A stretch of 64,000 bases of DNA from an uncultured Acidimicrobiales bacterium (GTDB taxonomy: Bacteria > Actinomycetota > Acidimicrobiia > Acidimicrobiales > SZUA-35), in contig CALAJV010000008.1 of NCBI GenBank assembly GCA_937922805.1, positions 15,475 through 79,474 on the forward strand, given 5' to 3'. Below are positions 1-8,565 of this stretch, in pieces (within the stretch, counting starts at the first letter, position 1; each line of letters opens with the position of its first letter). Under the pieces are notes generated by a model. That model did no database searches. It saw only the letters and a list, made by a program, of their open reading frames with translations, and was not told where the DNA came from. The position numbers were made by a program, and so were the translations under genes.

Positions 1-291
1 CGTCGACGACTGCGTCGACTGCGCCGCCGAGTGAGAACCGTGTCGTGGAACCCAGTAATCAACTAGCGCCGTTCGAAGGAGTCAACCGGTTCACGAAACC
101 GGAGCTACTGGCCCTTCTGATCGATGGCTTTCTACAAGAGGTGTAGCGCTCTATCCGTTGACCGATCAGTCCACTAGCGGACCTATCGAACTTGAAAAAA
201 GAACTGGTAGACGCCAGCCCCTAAAATCGCGAGCAGTAGCAGACCAAGCGTGATGACAATTGAGGGGCGCAAGATATCTCCTTCAGGAACG

Positions 292-1209
292 TTAGTTTGG
301 GGCCTCAGTGCCTTCGACTGGTCGTTCACTTGACGGCTTTGAGCTGAGGGTAACTGGAGACTCCAGCGATGGGGCAGCATCTGAAGGAACTAGGACTATC
401 TCATCGCCTTCGGCCAACGACAATTCCTCTGCGGCTGAACTACGGTCAACGGCTATCGCCAGCAGGCCGTAGGAATCAACTAACAGTCCAAACCCGCCAG
501 TCGGAATATCGGAGAACGTGTCGACTCTAGCCGCGTTGCGGTTCACTCGGCCGCCGGTGATACTCACCACATCTGGCCATTCCTCACCCAGTTGATCGGG
601 GTCGACGTTGAGTTGAGCATTTCCGTAGCGATCAACCCACAGCACTTCGGCTCGGATCGATCCGTCTTCTTGTTGCTCACTAACCGACAACAGGCCTGGA
701 AGTAGTTGGATTGGATCTATCGGCGATCCTAGTTCGCTTAGCTCGACACCGCGGCAAAGGTGGGCGGCCACCGGCGCGAACACATCTCGCCCTGCGAACC
801 CGAGGCCAGGACTCGGCAAGTGATACTCAGCGTTGTCGAGCACGACTGCAGCAGTAGCTCCTCCCACCATCGCGACCGCTGGGGCTAACAATCCGTTGTC
901 GGGACCGACCAGAAAGGCTGCGCCGTTCGCAACTTCGATCGCCACCGGCTTTCTTTCACCGCCAACACCCGGGTCTACTGCACCCAAGACAACACCGGGG
1001 GCCATGTACTGGGTGGCCCGAGCCAACGCCAGTCCACCGGCACGGACATCATGGGGCTCGATCCCGTGAGAAACGTCAACGACTCGCACATCAGGTGCTA
1101 GATCACGAATGACCGAGTGGACGATTCCGACAAGCTCATCCTTGTATCCGAAATCGGACAAGAACGAGATAGTTGAGAATCTATATTCAGAGCGATTTTG
1201 ATCAGACAT
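292..1209 (-). CDS. SAM hydroxide adenosyltransferase family protein (DUF62; fluorinase/chlorinase-like fold)
   Basis: Conserved DUF62 blocks are present: 'ISFLSDFGYKDELVGIVHSVI', 'GVVLGAVDPGVGGERKP', 'LVGPDNGLL', 'GRDVFAPVAAHL', 'VLWVDRYGNAQLN'. The last ~30 aa are a low-complexity tail, so the exact C-terminus is less certain. Confidence 0.8.
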   Translation of the reverse strand: MSDQNRSEYRFSTISFLSDFGYKDELVGIVHSVIRDLAPDVRVVDVSHGIEPHDVRAGGLALARATQYMAPGVVLGAVDPGVGGERKPVAIEVANGAAFLVGPDNGLLAPAVAMVGGATAAVVLDNAEYHLPSPGLGFAGRDVFAPVAAHLCRGVELSELGSPIDPIQLLPGLLSVSEQQEDGSIRAEVLWVDRYGNAQLNVDPDQLGEEWPDVVSITGGRVNRNAARVDTFSDIPTGGFGLLVDSYGLLAIAVDRSSAAEELSLAEGDEIVLVPSDAAPSLESPVTLSSKPSSERPVEGTEAPN

Positions 1210-1237
1210 AACTTGGTTCCTCTACCCCACCGGGTTC

Positions 1238-2044
1238 TTATTGTTCGGACGACTCAGAGCGGCCGAGAGCAGTCGCTCGTTCAGCTGCGGCCGTGACTGC
1301 ACTGGTTATGGCTGACCGGATCTTGTGTTGTTCTAAGGCGTCGAGCCCAGCGGCTGTTGTGCCAGCCGGTGTAGTTACGCCCGCTCTCAACTCGACCGGT
1401 TCGACGCCGGTTTCGATCATCATTTTGCCAGCACCGAAAATGGTCTGTTTGGCTAGTTGGGATGCGACGTCTCGGCTCAGCCCGACTGAAACTCCAGCGT
1501 CAGTCATAGCTTCGGCCACTAAGAACAGGTAGGCCGGACCTGAGCCAGACAAGCCGGTGACTGCATCGAGCAGGTGCTCGGGAACAACGACGGCGAGGCC
1601 GACTACTCCTAAGATATCTACCGCCCATTGAGTGTCGGCATCCGACGCTTTCGTTCCGCCCGCCACGCCGGCTGCTCCGGCGCTTACTAGGGCCGGCGTG
1701 TTTGGCATGGCTCGAACCACCACAGTGTCGGGAGGGAGCGCCGCCTCCATTGTTTCAACCGTTACCCCAGCGGCAATCGACAGAACTCGGGCTGGTTGGG
1801 CCATTGCTGAGCAGACATCGACGACCTGATACGGTTTGACCGCTAAAACGGCGTCAACACCTTCGACCGGGGCCTTGGTAACGGTGATGCCTGGAATTTG
1901 TGTCTCTAGTAGTGCTCGCTGCGACTCGACTACTTCAACGATCGCCAGCTCTTCGCTGGTAGCCCATCCACCGTCGAGCAGGCCGCCGATCAAAGCTTGA
2001 CCCATTCGTCCGCCACCGACCATCTGTAGCTTCAATCCCATCAT
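1238..2044 (-). CDS. proC: Pyrroline-5-carboxylate reductase
   Basis: N-terminal Rossmann motif 'VGGGRMGQALIGGLL'. The central 'VRAMPNTPALVSAGA' and C-terminal 'VTTPAGTTAAGL..LE' blocks are typical of ProC. Confidence 0.9.
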   Translation of the reverse strand: MMGLKLQMVGGGRMGQALIGGLLDGGWATSEELAIVEVVESQRALLETQIPGITVTKAPVEGVDAVLAVKPYQVVDVCSAMAQPARVLSIAAGVTVETMEAALPPDTVVVRAMPNTPALVSAGAAGVAGGTKASDADTQWAVDILGVVGLAVVVPEHLLDAVTGLSGSGPAYLFLVAEAMTDAGVSVGLSRDVASQLAKQTIFGAGKMMIETGVEPVELRAGVTTPAGTTAAGLDALEQHKIRSAITSAVTAAAERATALGRSESSEQ

Positions 2045-2125
2045 GAGATGGTAATGGCTAAATCTCAGATGTTGGGTGGACGCTTCATATTGGAAAGCGC
2101 AATAAAGAGCAGGTTAGAAATCAGG

Positions 2126-2962
2126 CTAAAAATCGCTGACGTCGCCCCGAGCTCGTTCGAATGGGTGTGGGAGCGGCCCTCGGCCGGCCCCGCCGCTGTA
2201 GTCCCACTCCAGTGGATTATCTGACCGGTTCAGCTTTCGCTCACCGAAGCCGGTGTCTCGAACGATTAGCCCGACGAGCGCTCCGAACACAAACCCACCG
2301 ACGTGGGCCATCCAGGCCACGCCGCTATTGGCACCAGTGAAGAACTGGCCGACAAACCAGAACCCCAAGAACCATTTGGCGCTGATGTCTCGCAGCATAA
2401 AGAACACAAAGGTCCTAATCGGAGCATTCGGGAACCACAAAACGTAGGCGCCCATGATGGCCGCGATGGCGCCCGATGCTCCAACGACCGGGATGGTACT
2501 CGAGGGCTGAACCGCAAAGTGAGCGAACGTCGCGGCCACTCCTCCAACTAGGTAGAACAAGGCGAAGGCGGCATGACCAAGTCGATCTTCAATGTTGTTG
2601 CCAAAGATCCATAGGAACCACACGTTACCCAGTAAGTGCATGATGCTTCCGTGTAAGAACATCGAGGTGAGAGCACCCAAGTAGACGTTCTTTTCGGCGT
2701 AAGGTGACGTAGCTACTCCATCGTCGAGACAAGCGGCAGATTGGCCTTCACCAAACGTGGCTTCAATTTCGGCTTGGCTGAGCGCATCACCGGTCTTTAG
2801 TTCGCAGGGAATAGCAGCGTATTCGAGGTTGAAATCTAACGACTCAGCGTCGGGGTTTAACCCTTGTTGCGGGCCGAAATAGATCAACACGCAGGCGATC
2901 ATGATTCCGACCGTGAGGAACGGTGTGCGCGTAGTTGGGTTCTCGTCCTTAAACGGAATCAT
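2126..2962 (-). CDS. Rhomboid family intramembrane serine protease
   Basis: Multi-TM protein with 'HGSIMHLLGNVWFLWIFG', the catalytic-Ser block 'GASGAIAAIMGAY' and the catalytic-His block 'AHVGGFVFG'. Confidence 0.85.
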   Translation of the reverse strand: MIPFKDENPTTRTPFLTVGIMIACVLIYFGPQQGLNPDAESLDFNLEYAAIPCELKTGDALSQAEIEATFGEGQSAACLDDGVATSPYAEKNVYLGALTSMFLHGSIMHLLGNVWFLWIFGNNIEDRLGHAAFALFYLVGGVAATFAHFAVQPSSTIPVVGASGAIAAIMGAYVLWFPNAPIRTFVFFMLRDISAKWFLGFWFVGQFFTGANSGVAWMAHVGGFVFGALVGLIVRDTGFGERKLNRSDNPLEWDYSGGAGRGPLPHPFERARGDVSDF

Positions 2963-3028
2963 GCTGCCACGCTACCAGTTTCGTCAGATCCAACCGATAC
3001 TCACGACGAAGCTGACGCCCAGCTCGAA

Positions 3029-3835
3029 CTAGACGGAGAGGTTAGTCTCCGGACCGCTGGTGGGATCGTTGGTAAGAAAGTGTTGGACCATGGCCCAAGT
3101 TCCGTGGCCGAACAACGACCACCCTTCGTCGGTCTCAGCCGAAATGTTGTAGCTTCGAACTGGCGATGGCCTGAACCACAATCCTTCGAGAAAGGCCAAC
3201 GTGGCATGGGTGAACTGTTCCAGGGTCAGCCCATCGCGAATTTTCATACCGAACGCTTTGACTAGCCCGGTGAAGAGCGGACTGAATCGTTCTACCAAAA
3301 TGCTGCCGCCGGTATTGAGCGCTTGCACCAACGGGTCATCGGCTTCTAGCTCAGCGTGCATTCGCACGACCGCACTGAATCCAAGTTGTAGTTTCAAAAG
3401 AGGCTCGTTGCAGTAGGTGTAGTAGCTGACGTTGCATGCCAGCCGCACCATTTCTTTCAAAAACTGGCCCCGTTCTTCCGGCGTCATTTCTGCGAATTCA
3501 GGACCGTCTAAGGTTTCCAGCATCGGACCGATCGCCGACAACATCGCTTCTTGAGCGCTAACCCTCTCGTCTGGGTCGAGTAAGCGCAAAGCGACCGCTT
3601 CTTGAAATCGGGCTTGTGGTCGACGATCACTTTCACTTGACCAGGCCCGGTACGCCGTTGCTCGGGCCACTCCTGAGCGGGCGATAGCGTCTTCAAATTT
3701 CACCGGTGCTAGTCCAAGTGACAGTCCAACTTCTTGAAGCAAATCTATTCCAGCGGTGATGGTCGCTTCTTGAATTTCGTCTTTGCGACGCTTCGTCTTT
3801 TTCTCGAGTCGGGGTTCGGCAATTTGATCAGACAA
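3029..3835 (-). CDS. TetR-like HTH transcriptional regulator
   Basis: N-terminal TetR-type HTH 'EATITAGIDLLQEVG...FEDAIARSGVARATAYRAW', followed by an all-helical C-terminal domain. The subfamily is unknown. Confidence 0.55.
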   Translation of the reverse strand: MSDQIAEPRLEKKTKRRKDEIQEATITAGIDLLQEVGLSLGLAPVKFEDAIARSGVARATAYRAWSSESDRRPQARFQEAVALRLLDPDERVSAQEAMLSAIGPMLETLDGPEFAEMTPEERGQFLKEMVRLACNVSYYTYCNEPLLKLQLGFSAVVRMHAELEADDPLVQALNTGGSILVERFSPLFTGLVKAFGMKIRDGLTLEQFTHATLAFLEGLWFRPSPVRSYNISAETDEGWSLFGHGTWAMVQHFLTNDPTSGPETNLSV

Positions 3836-4048
3836 GGAGTGGCTCTCCGCGTTCGTGCGCTGGTAGTTGGTGCGAGTTCAGTTTTAGGTGAGGGATGTCG
3901 CGCTAGCGCGACGAATCACTTGACCCTACTTGGTCTGGATAGATAGTCAATATCCGGACTGGTTCGTTGGAAATATTACCTATCACCGGAGCACTTTGCT
4001 TAAAAGCAGGAAAGTCGGGACTCAAAATCCCGTTCTTGGAATTTTGTC

Positions 4049-4531
4049 CTAGTGCGATTCTGGATCAGGAAAGCGCGAAGCGAAGCCGATGCGTAGCGCG
4101 GGATGGAAGAAACGGTCGACCCAGAAGTACATCGACCCAAGAACTCGGTCAAGTTCGTCCGCTACTATCTGCGATCGATCTATCTGGCCTTGCAGGAAAA
4201 CCGCATCTTCTTCGCCAATAGCGAAGGCGGCTCCATACATTTTCGCGTTTCTTTTCAGCAGGTGAAAATAAAATTCGGACTCATTTTCTTCTGGGGCTGG
4301 GCAGAAGAACGACTCGTAGTGAAGTGTTCGTTGCCGCAAGTGGAATCGAATAGTGAACGCGTCTTTTTGTTCACCGTTCATCCGCACGAACCAACGTCGT
4401 TCTCCGGGCTTATCTCGCTCAACGGCGTCCACCGCCGGATTTTTCTCTAGTTCCGACAGTAGCCACGAGTCGATCACGATTTCGTGAGCGTCAAGCTCAC
4501 CAGTAGACGCTGGTCCCGATACACTCATCAA
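4049..4531 (-). CDS. YbjN-like (putative sensory transduction regulator fold) protein
   Basis: About 160-aa acidic protein immediately downstream of mshA (7-bp gap). This matches the conserved actinobacterial mshA / YbjN-domain gene pair. The assignment rests on context plus overall pattern. Confidence 0.55.
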   Translation of the reverse strand: MMSVSGPASTGELDAHEIVIDSWLLSELEKNPAVDAVERDKPGERRWFVRMNGEQKDAFTIRFHLRQRTLHYESFFCPAPEENESEFYFHLLKRNAKMYGAAFAIGEEDAVFLQGQIDRSQIVADELDRVLGSMYFWVDRFFHPALRIGFASRFPDPESH

Positions 4532-4538
4532 AATTTCC

Positions 4539-5885
4539 TTAAATACAGGGCACGAGCGGCTGCTCGGCGACTTCTTTATACAACTGTCGTAGCCGACGGG
4601 CCGACGTTGACCAGGTATAGGTTCTGGCCCGCGCCGCGGCCGACACGGCCAGACGTCGGGCTAACACCGGGTCTCGAAGGATCGCATCGACCCACCCGGC
4701 ATAGTCGGCTGGATCGCGACTCTCGACCAGGTAGCCAGAGTGACCATGTTCGACCAAGGTCAACAGTCCACCGACCGCCGATGCCACCGTAGGAATGCCG
4801 CAAGCGGCAGCCTCTAAAGCAACGAGGCCGAACGATTCCGAGCGGCTCGGAACGAGGCAAACATCGGCGGCTCGATAGTAGGTCGAAAGTAGGTGGTGAG
4901 GCTGAGCGGGAACGAAGCATACGCGGTCAACCAAGTTGAGATCTTCGATCAGGTCTTGGATTCGCTGCACTTCAGAGTTGCCTTCGGTGCCGCTCGCTCC
5001 GCCAACGATCCAAAGCCGGGCATCTTTGCGCTCCATCTCGGCTAGCGTTTGAACCGCGACATCAACTCCTTTGAGCGGTTGGATCCGCCCGATAAAAAGT
5101 AGCAACGGTCGATCGTCGATTTTGAGAGCACGGCGCGCTCCCGCTTGGTTTCCGGGCGAAAATAAGGCGTGATCAACTCCTGGTGGTACCACTTCGATGT
5201 GGCGAGGGTCAGCGTCGTAGTATTCGACGAGCTGTTCCACCTCAGCGTTGGCGTTGGCCAGAACCGCATCGGCGCAAGCCATAACGGCTGCTTCGGCTTT
5301 TGCTCTCGATTCCGGTTCAAAGTCGCCAGCCTCGGCTTTAACGCGGGCCAACGTGTGGAAGGTAGTTAGTAGCGGCAGCCCACATTGCTGTTTGAGCGTC
5401 CGCCCCGCTACTCCCGAGAGCCAGTAGTTGGCGTGGATAACGTCGGGTTTGAAGTTAGCGAAATCTTTCGCGACCCATTCGCTGTAGTCGTCAACGTATT
5501 CGCTGAGCTGCTCTTTGCTCAGTTCGGCCGGACCAGCGGGCACGTGCACCACGTCAAATCCTGGTTCGACCGTTACGACGTCGGGTAGATCGTCGGCCCA
5601 CTTGCGGACATACACCCGGCAGATCACGCCCGCTTGAGCCAGCGAAGAAACAAGCTCTCGAACGTAAACGTTCATTCCTCCGCCGTCGCCGCTTCCCGGC
5701 TGAGCCAACGGCGACGTGTGAAGCGACAAAATGGCCGCTTTGCTAATCGGATTCCTAGTCAGAGCTCTTACTCTCTTCGGTGTCAGAGTCAAGGTCTGGG
5801 TCTTCCTCAGGCGGTGCGTCCGACTGTGACTCAGATAGCGGTTCGCTCTCCTGGTCGGTGCTGTCGTCGCCGACGGTTGCTTCAT
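4539..5885 (-). CDS. mshA: D-inositol-3-phosphate glycosyltransferase (mycothiol biosynthesis, GT4)
   Basis: Hallmark 'LSLHTSPLAQPGSGDGGGMNVYVRELV' N-terminus and the GT4 C-terminal 'PSRSESFGLVALEAAACGIPTVA' block. The ATG at 5885 overlaps the upstream XRE gene by 131 nt. The real start is probably an in-frame TTG/CTG around 5729-5792. Confidence 0.9.
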   Translation of the reverse strand: MKQPSATTAPTRRANRYLSHSRTHRLRKTQTLTLTPKRVRALTRNPISKAAILSLHTSPLAQPGSGDGGGMNVYVRELVSSLAQAGVICRVYVRKWADDLPDVVTVEPGFDVVHVPAGPAELSKEQLSEYVDDYSEWVAKDFANFKPDVIHANYWLSGVAGRTLKQQCGLPLLTTFHTLARVKAEAGDFEPESRAKAEAAVMACADAVLANANAEVEQLVEYYDADPRHIEVVPPGVDHALFSPGNQAGARRALKIDDRPLLLFIGRIQPLKGVDVAVQTLAEMERKDARLWIVGGASGTEGNSEVQRIQDLIEDLNLVDRVCFVPAQPHHLLSTYYRAADVCLVPSRSESFGLVALEAAACGIPTVASAVGGLLTLVEHGHSGYLVESRDPADYAGWVDAILRDPVLARRLAVSAAARARTYTWSTSARRLRQLYKEVAEQPLVPCI

Positions 5886-6273
5886 TAGCCAAAACGAACG
5901 ATCGGTACACGCCTAGTAGCGCCTTGCGCTGTTCGTTGGTGAGTTCGTGAGATCGACGGATAGCAGATTCCAAGCCTGACGTTTCGGGGCCTTGGGTGCT
6001 GTCGAGCATTCCGGCCTGGACATACATTGTCTCCGCCGACACCTGAAGTGCTTTGCCGAGCTGCTGTAGTATCTCAGCCGAAGGCTTTCGAAGACCTCGT
6101 TCGATTTGGCTCAGGTAAGGGTTCGATACGCCGGCCAGATCGGCAAGCCGACGCAGAGATAGCTCTGCCAGCGTTCGCTGTTCCCGGATGAAACCACCGA
6201 TGTCGTTCGATTCGGCAGGCGGCAAATCGTCGGCTACAACCGCGGGCTCGTTCGACACCGATTTCTTGCTCAT
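5755..6273 (-). CDS. XRE-family HTH DNA-binding protein with acidic C-terminal tail
   Basis: Cro/C1-type HTH 'LSLRRLADLAGVSNPYLSQIERGLRKPSAEILQQLGKAL'. The C-terminus is a D/E/S-rich tail. Confidence 0.75.
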   Translation of the reverse strand: MSKKSVSNEPAVVADDLPPAESNDIGGFIREQRTLAELSLRRLADLAGVSNPYLSQIERGLRKPSAEILQQLGKALQVSAETMYVQAGMLDSTQGPETSGLESAIRRSHELTNEQRKALLGVYRSFVLANEATVGDDSTDQESEPLSESQSDAPPEEDPDLDSDTEESKSSD

Positions 6274-6351
6274 TCAATTGACGCTAACGGAGTTGCAGCG
6301 CCCTCCCACACCTAGGAAGTATGAGTCACATAGGTGCGATTAGGAGGTTGG

Positions 6352-6897
6352 TTAGGTTAAAAGCGCGTCTACCGACGCTTCACCATCTCGATAGCGCCGG
6401 GCAATCTCGTCTTGCATGGCGTCAATTCGATCATGCAGCTGGCGGCGAATAGTCGACATTTCAACTTCGAATTCGCGGAGGGTGTCGAACAAGTCGGCGA
6501 GTTGCCCTTTCTCAAGGTCGGAAACACCCGAAAGTTCGGCTGGGCTTGCGATTCGGTTGAGGCTATCTACTAACGCTAGGGCGATGTCGCCAGGCTCTAG
6601 AACTGGCACAGCTCTCGGTACCCGTTGATCTCCCTCGGTTGGGGCGTCAGTCAGAATGTCAGGCATCTCGAACAAAAGGTCGTCGACCTTTGTATCGGAG
6701 GGCGAATCGCCACCGGCCCGAACCTTCGCTTCGTGACCAACAATATCGAGCCGGCCTTGAGCCACTCGCCGCACAAAGGATACGTCTCCCTCGGCGGCGC
6801 TGGCCTCCACTCGGAGGCCTCGCAATCGATCGAGAGGCATCTCGTTGATTCCTTTTAGGCATTCATCGGCGAGTAAACGTTGCAAGTCGGCGTGCAC
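6352..6897 (-). CDS. RsiG-family-like coiled-coil protein (candidate c-di-GMP-binding anti-sigma factor)
   Basis: Two helical segments carry the E(x3)S(x2)R(x3)Q(x3)D signature. E36-S40-R43-Q47-D51 ('EGDVSFVRRVAQGRLD') is an exact match. E144-S148-R151-H155-D159 ('EVEMSTIRRQLHDRID') has H in place of Q. The C-terminal 'RRYRDGEASVDALL' is also typical. Confidence 0.55.
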   Translation of the reverse strand: MHADLQRLLADECLKGINEMPLDRLRGLRVEASAAEGDVSFVRRVAQGRLDIVGHEAKVRAGGDSPSDTKVDDLLFEMPDILTDAPTEGDQRVPRAVPVLEPGDIALALVDSLNRIASPAELSGVSDLEKGQLADLFDTLREFEVEMSTIRRQLHDRIDAMQDEIARRYRDGEASVDALLT

Positions 6898-6988
6898 GTT
6901 CTAACCGTACTTGGCTTGACTGGCCAACGGGTGACTCGTGGCTTTTTATTAGATGCCACCGGTAACCAGCAGGCGATGCGGTTTGATC

Positions 6989-8101
6989 TCAGCCGACAAC
7001 TTGCACTTGGTTAAGCAACACCAACCAAAGTGGAGCAGCTATCAGGTACGAGTCGATTCGTCGTAGCGCTGGGGCCCACGCGGCACCACGAGGAAGTAGG
7101 CCCGACGCTAGAACTTGCCCGAGTGGGCAGCAGATTGCGGTTAGTAACGCAAACAGAAGCACCGTCGACTCGGTAAACGGTGGAGGCAACGTGAGGAACA
7201 GAAGAAAGGCAACGGTGCCGAGGGCAACGATGCCAGCCATCGGGCCTTCGATCGCGTTGGCTGATCCGGTACCTACCAGGAAGTCGCCCGCTTCGTAGGC
7301 GCTTATGAGCAGTATCAGGCTCACTAGCGCAGAAACGTCCGACTTAGCAATGGCCGCCATGCAGGCAATGACAAGACCAGCCGGGATTGCCGATCGGGCC
7401 AGAATGTCGAAAAGTTGGAGAGGCGGGCGTTGATGGCCTCGGTAGAGCAAAACATACAAGCTGACGACGAGCACCCCGAAGGCAAACCCGATGATCACAC
7501 CTGGGGCTTCAAAAAACCCGCCGATTCCAATGAGGTAAGCGGTTGACGCCATCCACAACCGAGGGGCCGACAATTTGGGGAACCAAGCGTGCGCCGTTTG
7601 CAGCGCCGCCAGGGCGGCAATGGGTGCCCCAACGACCGCTATGCCGAGTGATCCAACTGCCGGGTCGCCCGTGGAGACGCCGAGCAGAGCGGCACCAACA
7701 ATCAGAGCGAACCAAATAATGCCGAACGTTATTTTCGGCCCGTCGGTTCGATAGGGCACGGCTAGTCGATTATTTTGCCAGCGTTCTTCCCGAGCTAGAG
7801 CCCGACCTCTTCGTTTGTCTTTAGAAGATGGCTTGCCTTTTTCGTCCCACTGAGCTGGAGGCCCAGGAGCCGGCTGTCGATTTCCACGTGGCTGGGCGTT
7901 CAGGGAAGGTTTACGCCTTTGGTCCGAACCGGAGCGACGTCTGCCCCCAGGTTGAGCGCCGGGGGGTGGCATAGCGGAACCGTTGTGGCCCGGCCGTTGT
8001 TGGCCGCGCTGATCAAGCGGGACTTGGCGGTTGGGGTGAACGTTTTGATGGGGAGGGCCGGGGCGCGGCGACTGGGGTGTTGGTTGCATTGGTTGACTCA
8101 T
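6989..8101 (-). CDS. Integral membrane protein, CdsA (CTP_transf_1)-like with degenerate motifs and a Pro/Arg/Gln-rich N-terminal extension
   Basis: About 125-aa disordered P/G/R/Q-rich N-terminus, then about 7 TM helices. 'SAYEAGDFLVGTGS' and C-terminal 'LRRIDSYL' resemble CdsA blocks, but the HGG motif is absent. The start overlaps the stop of the MoaD-like gene (ATGA at 8098-8101). Confidence 0.4.
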   Translation of the reverse strand: MSQPMQPTPQSPRPGPPHQNVHPNRQVPLDQRGQQRPGHNGSAMPPPGAQPGGRRRSGSDQRRKPSLNAQPRGNRQPAPGPPAQWDEKGKPSSKDKRRGRALAREERWQNNRLAVPYRTDGPKITFGIIWFALIVGAALLGVSTGDPAVGSLGIAVVGAPIAALAALQTAHAWFPKLSAPRLWMASTAYLIGIGGFFEAPGVIIGFAFGVLVVSLYVLLYRGHQRPPLQLFDILARSAIPAGLVIACMAAIAKSDVSALVSLILLISAYEAGDFLVGTGSANAIEGPMAGIVALGTVAFLLFLTLPPPFTESTVLLFALLTAICCPLGQVLASGLLPRGAAWAPALRRIDSYLIAAPLWLVLLNQVQVVG

Positions 8102-8343
8102 CCGCCTGATACCGGCGGCAGAACGGCGACCTCGTCGCCCGATGCCACTGCTTGTTCTCTTGCGACTGGAGATCCGTTCAACCAGACGTTGCTGCTTAGC
8201 AACACATCGTCGAATGGGCTACCGAAACGTCGGGTTGCTTCATCAAGCACATCGCCAACCGTCGAACCCTCAAGTTCTATGCTGGACGTCCCTGCAGATT
8301 CTCGGGCCTGGGCGAACAATCGAAGTGTGACCACAAACTCCAT
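8098..8343 (-). CDS. MoaD/ThiS-family ubiquitin-like sulfur-carrier protein
   Basis: 81 aa with 'LRLFAQARESAGT' at the N-terminus and 'SGDEVAVLPPVSGG' ending in Gly-Gly, the MoaD pattern. Confidence 0.8.
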   Translation of the reverse strand: MEFVVTLRLFAQARESAGTSSIELEGSTVGDVLDEATRRFGSPFDDVLLSSNVWLNGSPVAREQAVASGDEVAVLPPVSGG

Positions 8344-8565
8344 TGTGCCACGGTCGCCGATCAGTCACTATGGCAGGACGAGGCCTAATGTAGAGAGAAC
8401 GGTACCTCTGCCTACGATCAGTAACCTAAACGTGATCGTTGAGCGGTCGGATACGCCACATTTTCATCGCCAACGAGCCCAATTTCTTCCGAGAAGCGGT
8501 GCCACGCCCAGCCGACCGTTTCTAGACCGTCAACAAACCAAACAAAATATGGTGGAACAAAGATC

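Noticed and set aside
2-34. Possible 3' end of a plus-strand gene ('VDDCVDCAAE*') at the left edge, and a possible gene start (ATG at 63972, 'MTSILPGES') at the right edge.
   Set aside because: Both fragments are too short (about 10 codons) to support any call.
183-380. 65-aa minus-strand ORF with a hydrophobic C-terminus, overlapping the 3' end of the DUF62 gene.
   Set aside because: It overlaps the DUF62 gene in another frame over its N-terminal third and has no clear RBS or start context. A tiny membrane peptide cannot be excluded, but there is not enough support to call it.
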